Positions 18,373 to 22,976 of a DNA stretch of 22,976 bases are shown piece after piece. The notes under the pieces were generated by a model. It did not search any database and was not told the origin of the DNA. It saw only the letters and a list, made by a program, of their open reading frames with translations. This DNA comes from Pseudomonadota bacterium. Lineage in GTDB: Bacteria > Bdellovibrionota_B > Oligoflexia > Oligoflexales > CAIYRB01. The DNA lies in NCBI GenBank assembly GCA_031416315.1, contig JANOTL010000131.1, positions 1 through 22,976 on the forward strand, given 5' to 3'. A program made the translations under genes and the position numbers. Position 1 is the first letter of the stretch, and each line of letters opens with the position of its first letter.

Positions 18373-18423
18373 CTTGAAAGGGCAGCTCTCCAAACAAACT
18401 CATTCTTTTTAGAGGACACCCCC

Positions 18424-19959
18424 ATGTTCACTCGAATCAGCATCGTCGTCTGCGCGACGACTCTCCTTTTGGCATGCGGACGGACGCCGACGGCTACGCC
18501 AAAACAACTCGTCGGCGACGACGAGCGCAGCGAGGGTCTCGACGCGGCATCGACGGCCGTCGGTCCATTCGGCACCGATGCCTTGACCTATTGCACGACG
18601 TTCGCCATTGACTCGCATCGGATCGTCACAGCGGCGCACTGCGTCGACCCGGCCCAGGATGCGACGATCTACCGCTATCGCTTCGGCGGTGTCCTGCGCC
18701 GCGTCGCGGCCCTGATCGAGCTCGACGTGAAGAGCGACGTAGCGATCCTCGCGACCGAAGACGCCGTCGCCGCGCCTTTCGCGCTGGCGTCGGCCGACGG
18801 CCTAAGCGCCGCAGCAGCGAAGTTCGAGATTCCGGCTTTCGATCTTCCGTCCCTGAAGATGCGGACGGCACGCCACGGCAAAGTCGAGCGCGACCCGAGC
18901 GCCGCGGGCGCCGGCCTTCTCGTCCACGATCTCGATACGCTCCCGGGCGCCTCGGGCGCGCCCATCCTCGTCGACGGCCGCGTCGTCGGGGTGCACCTCG
19001 GGGCGTTGGGCGGCGGCGGCCGCAACCTAGGCGTCGAGCTCCAGCGCCGCGGCGATGCGGACGTCCGCGCGGCCCATCCGGAATGGCGGCCGGAGTCGCC
19101 GGTCGTGGTCACGGTGGTGAAGGATATGATCGCCTCGTGCATGAAGAGCGAGGCCTGCCGCGAGGCCGCCAAGGAGATCGTCGGACACCTCGTGCTCCGC
19201 GTCGTCGAGTTCGCCAAGTCGTTGATCGACGACATCTTCGGCAAGGCCGAGGACGAGCCCGCCGCTCGCGAGCTGAAGAAGAACCTGATGACCGCGGCGG
19301 CGAAGGGGGCGACGGCGCAAGGGACGATCGGCCAGTGGGAGGTCCGGGAATTCGAGGGGCACGCCGGCATCTGGGCGGGTGAATCGGAGATCAGCACGAG
19401 CAACATCGCATTGACCGCGGCGCCGCAATACTCGAGCGCCGACCTCGCCTCCGCCACGGTCGGCGCCTTCGTCGAGCTGAGCTTTCGGTCCCTGGTCGGC
19501 CGGCCGGCGACGGACGACGAGCTCCGCACGGCCGGCGCCCTGATCCGCGGCGGCGCGACGCTCGGCCAGGTGAAGAAGGACCTCATGGGGGTCGGCGCCT
19601 TCGAGAAGCACGGCAACAACGGCACCGTCTCGTGCAAGAGCTTCTGCGCCGGACCGCAATGGGGGCGCGCGGGCTCCTGCGTGGTCGGTCGGCGCACGAG
19701 CGACGGGCTGACTTTCGGCTGCGACGCCGTGCCAGGACTCGTGCCGAACGGCGCCGAGCTCACCTGCCAATGCGTCGAGGACGGCTTCGAGAAGCTCGGC
19801 AACAACGGCGCCGTCTCCTGCGGTCACTTCTGCATCGGGCCCGAGTGGGGGACGGTCGGCGCCTGCCTGGGCGGCACGGATGCGGCGACCGCGGCCAACG
19901 TCGGCTGCCATAACGGGCTCGGGACGATCGGCGAGCTGAAGTGCTTCTGCGCGCAGTGA
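18424..19959 (+). CDS. Lipoprotein: trypsin-like (V8-type) serine protease + helical region + DUF4214-like segment + two Cys repeats
   Basis: GAGGA RBS; LLAC lipobox; TAAHC, SDVAIL, DTLPGASGAP, GVH; repeated FEKxGNNGxVSC..FC.G..WG. Confidence 0.85.
   Translation: MFTRISIVVCATTLLLACGRTPTATPKQLVGDDERSEGLDAASTAVGPFGTDALTYCTTFAIDSHRIVTAAHCVDPAQDATIYRYRFGGVLRRVAALIELDVKSDVAILATEDAVAAPFALASADGLSAAAAKFEIPAFDLPSLKMRTARHGKVERDPSAAGAGLLVHDLDTLPGASGAPILVDGRVVGVHLGALGGGGRNLGVELQRRGDADVRAAHPEWRPESPVVVTVVKDMIASCMKSEACREAAKEIVGHLVLRVVEFAKSLIDDIFGKAEDEPAARELKKNLMTAAAKGATAQGTIGQWEVREFEGHAGIWAGESEISTSNIALTAAPQYSSADLASATVGAFVELSFRSLVGRPATDDELRTAGALIRGGATLGQVKKDLMGVGAFEKHGNNGTVSCKSFCAGPQWGRAGSCVVGRRTSDGLTFGCDAVPGLVPNGAELTCQCVEDGFEKLGNNGAVSCGHFCIGPEWGTVGACLGGTDAATAANVGCHNGLGTIGELKCFCAQ
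19600..19956 (+). repeat. Two ~60-aa 6-Cys repeats in the protease C-terminus
   Basis: FEKHGNNGTVSCKSFCAGPQWG...ELTCQC at 19600 and FEKLGNNGAVSCGHFCIGPEWG...ELKCFC at 19786. Confidence 0.9.
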
Positions 19960-19982
19960 GCCTTGCGGGCTAGGCGCGACGT

Positions 19983-20020
19983 GCGCAGCCGACGCGTATT
20001 GCGTAGGCTGCGCCTTTCTT
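19983..20020 (+). terminator. Rho-independent terminator after the protease gene
   Basis: GCGCAGCC-g-ACGC-gtatt-GCGT-a-GGCTGCGC followed by CTTTCTT. Confidence 0.65.
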
Positions 20021-20117
20021 CATTGTGATCGTTTAAATCGATCAGGACGATGCGTTAATTGAATTATTTTAATGCTTTAAACCTCGCTATAAGCGCCCCA
20101 ACCAAGGGGAGGTCAAG

Positions 20118-20434
20118 ATGAAATTGTCTCTACTGTCATTCGCGCTAGGCGCGTCTCTACTGGAAAGTTCACTTTCAACGCTGACTATTCAGGCGGCATC
20201 AATCCGTACCTTAGAGGTACGTCGATCGGCGCAATCATCACGCATCCAAGTCCTTATGAGACGGAAGCGCAGTACTATGTCTTGAAAGGCAAATGCGCCA
20301 GCGAACCCCATGCGGAGCTCGCCGATGCGGTCGCCGAAGTCGAGCGTGAGTGCGGGATCGCGGAGATGCAGCGTCACGCCGAGGAAGCGACTCAAGGCGT
20401 GGGTCTGACGGTTATCTCCGCTTACAACCGATAA
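20118..20434 (+). pseudogene. Frameshifted or internally deleted small secreted protein
   Basis: GGGAGG RBS plus MKLSLLSFALGASLL signal-like start. Another frame from about 20156 reads TGKFTFNADYSGGINPYLRG...AYNR* with no upstream start. Confidence 0.5.
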
Positions 20435-20552
20435 AGCCGGGGACGGGCGCCCGCGTCCTTTTCTAGGTCGGGCGCGTCATGATCCGTACATTCGTTGACC
20501 GTCCCACCACCGCCGCATGGCTCAAGTGCCCGGAATGCCTCGATCCCGTACC

Positions 20553-20568
20553 TGGCCCGCTTTTCGCT
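20553..20568 (+). promoter_or_regulatory. Possible sigma54 promoter
   Basis: TGGCCCGCTTTTCGCT has GG-N10-GC, about 40 nt upstream of ATG 20606. Confidence 0.45.
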
Positions 20569-20605
20569 ACCCTCTCTTTGGTGCTTCCAACCCGAGGAGA
20601 TTGCC

Positions 20606-21055
20606 ATGCTACGCCAAGCCGCCCTCGTCCTAGCGCTCGCCGTGTCTGTCGCCGCCACTCCAGTCGAAGCGCGCACACGGCACGGCTCCGCCGCTGAGCG
20701 CATCTTCTCGAAGGCCCTCGGCCTGGACGCCCTCGCGATTCGGGATGCGGTCGTTGTGACAACGGACCAACGCGGTCACGAGATCTACGGAATCCGCGAC
20801 GACCAGGGCGTGATCGTCGCCGTCCTCGAGCTGGACATGAACGGTAAGGTCGTCGGTGGGACCTACCTCGACGAGTCCGAGGGGCACCCCGACTTCCTCT
20901 GGGCGCCCATCGCCCTCGGCCAGGGCGCCGCGCCGTCGCGCGCTTTCTCGACGGCGCGGATTCGTGCGCTCGTCGAAGCGCTGGATCGCGCAGGGGGCGA
21001 CGAGAGCTTCGTCGAGCCATGTCCTGAATGCGTCAACGAGGTCGGTCCTCGCTGA
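20606..21055 (+). CDS. Hypothetical secreted protein
   Basis: GAGGAG RBS; signal peptide MLRQAALVLALAVSVAATPVEA. Confidence 0.75.
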   Translation: MLRQAALVLALAVSVAATPVEARTRHGSAAERIFSKALGLDALAIRDAVVVTTDQRGHEIYGIRDDQGVIVAVLELDMNGKVVGGTYLDESEGHPDFLWAPIALGQGAAPSRAFSTARIRALVEALDRAGGDESFVEPCPECVNEVGPR

Positions 21056-21286
21056 TTCGGCTCGTCAGTCACCGTATCTTGCGCCTTCGACACAGAAAGC
21101 CTCGCCGAGATCTTCGTCGCTTGCACCCGAGAGTGCTTACGGCGAGGAGGCCTCAGCGGCGGCTGGCTCGCCCAATTCGGCCCTGACATCTCTGGTTGCG
21201 GCTGCGCCCGGTAGGAATCGTCGAATCTGGCGCGATCGAGTATACTCATCATCTTCCCAGCTCACTTTGTCCCGTGGAGGCGTTCG

Positions 21287-22195
21287 ATGATGAGTCGCGT
21301 CGCGTTTTGCTTTGTCGTTCTCGGCGTTCTCGGCTGCCAAAGCACGCAGACCACGACGGTCGACAATGACGGCCCGCAGCAGGCGTTCGCGCTGATCGAC
21401 GGCCAGCAAGCGCCGGTCGTCCGTTGCGGGACCCTGGATCTACCCGACGCCGTCAAAGACGAGGTGGAGGCCATGATCCTTGCGCATCGGGCCAAAAAGG
21501 GCGCTCAGCTCGCCGGCACACCAATCAACGTCCCCGTCCATTTCCACGTCATTAACAATGGGCAAGGCATCGGCGAAGGCAACATCTCGGAACAAATGAT
21601 CAATGACCAGATCGCCGTCCTGAACGCCGCGTTCGGATCGATGAGCGTTCAGTTTACTCTCGTCGGCACCGATCGCACGACGAATGCCGCTTGGTACGCC
21701 TGCAGCCGCAGCAACGAGATCCAGTTCAAAACGGCGCTACGCCAGGGCACTGCCGACGATCTCAACATTTACAGCTGCAATCCGGGCGGTGGCCTCCTCG
21801 GCTGGGCGACTTTTCCGAGCTCCTACGCCTCCGCGCCGGCAAACGACGGCATCGTGATTCTCCACTCGAGCATGCCTGGCGGGTCGGCGGCGCCCTACAA
21901 TCTGGGCGACACCGGTACGCACGAGGTCGGCCACTGGCTCGGCCTCTACCATACGTTTCAAGGCGGCTGTGCTCGGAGCGCGACGCAGGGCGGCGACTAC
22001 GTCGCCGACACGGAAGCGGAAAAGTCGGCCGCGTACGGCTGCCCGACCGGGCGCGACAGTTGCAACCGACTTCCCGGCGCCGATCCAATCACCAATTTCA
22101 TGGATTACACCGACGACGTCTGCATGGACCGGTTCTCGGCCGGCCAGGACGCGCGCGCGGACACTCTTTGGGCGACGTATCGCGCGAATAAGTAG
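21287..22195 (+). CDS. M43 (pappalysin/ulilysin-like) zinc metalloprotease, lipoprotein
   Basis: VLGC lipobox; RCG Cys-switch; HEVGHWLGLYHTFQGGC; Met-turn NFMDYTDD.CM..FS.GQ. Confidence 0.93.
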   Translation: MMSRVAFCFVVLGVLGCQSTQTTTVDNDGPQQAFALIDGQQAPVVRCGTLDLPDAVKDEVEAMILAHRAKKGAQLAGTPINVPVHFHVINNGQGIGEGNISEQMINDQIAVLNAAFGSMSVQFTLVGTDRTTNAAWYACSRSNEIQFKTALRQGTADDLNIYSCNPGGGLLGWATFPSSYASAPANDGIVILHSSMPGGSAAPYNLGDTGTHEVGHWLGLYHTFQGGCARSATQGGDYVADTEAEKSAAYGCPTGRDSCNRLPGADPITNFMDYTDDVCMDRFSAGQDARADTLWATYRANK

Positions 22196-22214
22196 GCGCT
22201 GGACGACCTGCCAC

Positions 22215-22805
22215 TCACTCCACGTGGATCATTTCAGTTTGGATGTGATCAACTCTCTTGATGAGTGTCGAGCCGTCGCAGCTGCCTTTGATGGTCATGG
22301 AGAGCCCGTAAGTCGCAGCGTGGATTTCCTGCGCGTCGATTCCGCCGCGTCCTGCACTGACGATGGAGGCGCTGTCATACTCCCCTTCGAGAGCGCATGG
22401 GGTCGATGAAATTGCGCCCCAAGTTGGTTCGCCGCCATTCGGACACGCGGTGCTTGCCTTGCAGCTGTTCAATTGGTCCATTGCGGAGTCGATAGCTTTG
22501 CCGCAAGTCCAATCTTTCATGTCGAAAAAGAGGCCGCGGACCGTGCCTGCGAGGCTCGCCGCGTCGTAGGTATGCGAGCCGGTGCTCGAGCAAGTGACCG
22601 GGCCGCTATCCGCTGGCGGCGACGCTGGGAGCGTTTCGGTCAAGGCAAGGTCGGCCGCCGCAGACGGGCTTACATCAGCTGCCGGAGTTTCCGCCGAGAC
22701 GGGCGCTTTTTCCAGAGGCATCGCCTTTGGCTCGACTTCGCCCGCGACTCCACACCCAAGCGTCATCACGACAAGTGCTAGGCATACATTCGAGCCAGAA
22801 GACAT
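22215..22805 (-). CDS. Hypothetical Cys-rich lipoprotein
   Basis: GAGG RBS; LALVVMTLGC lipobox-like signal; P/A linker followed by a Cys-containing domain. Confidence 0.7.
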   Translation of the reverse strand: MSSGSNVCLALVVMTLGCGVAGEVEPKAMPLEKAPVSAETPAADVSPSAAADLALTETLPASPPADSGPVTCSSTGSHTYDAASLAGTVRGLFFDMKDWTCGKAIDSAMDQLNSCKASTACPNGGEPTWGAISSTPCALEGEYDSASIVSAGRGGIDAQEIHAATYGLSMTIKGSCDGSTLIKRVDHIQTEMIHVE

Positions 22806-22976
22806 AGGATTGGCCTCACTTTAGTGTCCTTAGCAGCACAACCGATATGCTCCTTCTATCGACTCCCACCGCGAGCGCCCTGAGTTGGCGACACAACCAT
22901 CCAATACCGCGGATCATTCGGCGATAGATTCCCAGCTCAGCTAAAAACGCTTCGAAACCCCGAGTTTCGCAAACGC

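Overview
GC-rich bacterial window. A TIGR02147-type regulator and many Cys-rich lipoproteins suggest Bdellovibrionota/Oligoflexia or a similar predatory lineage (inference). 1-3183 is a toxin-antitoxin/defence block: a 5'-truncated HipA kinase with a downstream XRE antitoxin, then an AbiEi/AbiEii type IV pair preceded by twin inverted-repeat operators. Most of the remainder encodes secreted or lipid-anchored proteins: three Zn-metalloproteases, a B. cereus-type Zn phospholipase C, a V8-like serine protease with C-terminal Cys repeats, a possible beta-pore former, a pacifastin-like lipoprotein and two CxxCH proteins. An rsmC-like/rsuA-like pair interrupts this run. The most unusual locus is 12854-14490 (-): a Gly/Ser-linker, Cys-rich lipoprotein frame lacking a canonical start, then two tandem copies of a GACNNLPxCLPGxARxATP junction, the second carrying a full Hint domain that lacks the terminal His-Asn. 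Several frameshifted genes were read by hand. No rRNA, tRNA, CRISPR array or transposase was seen. Family calls are from motif recognition only, with no database search.
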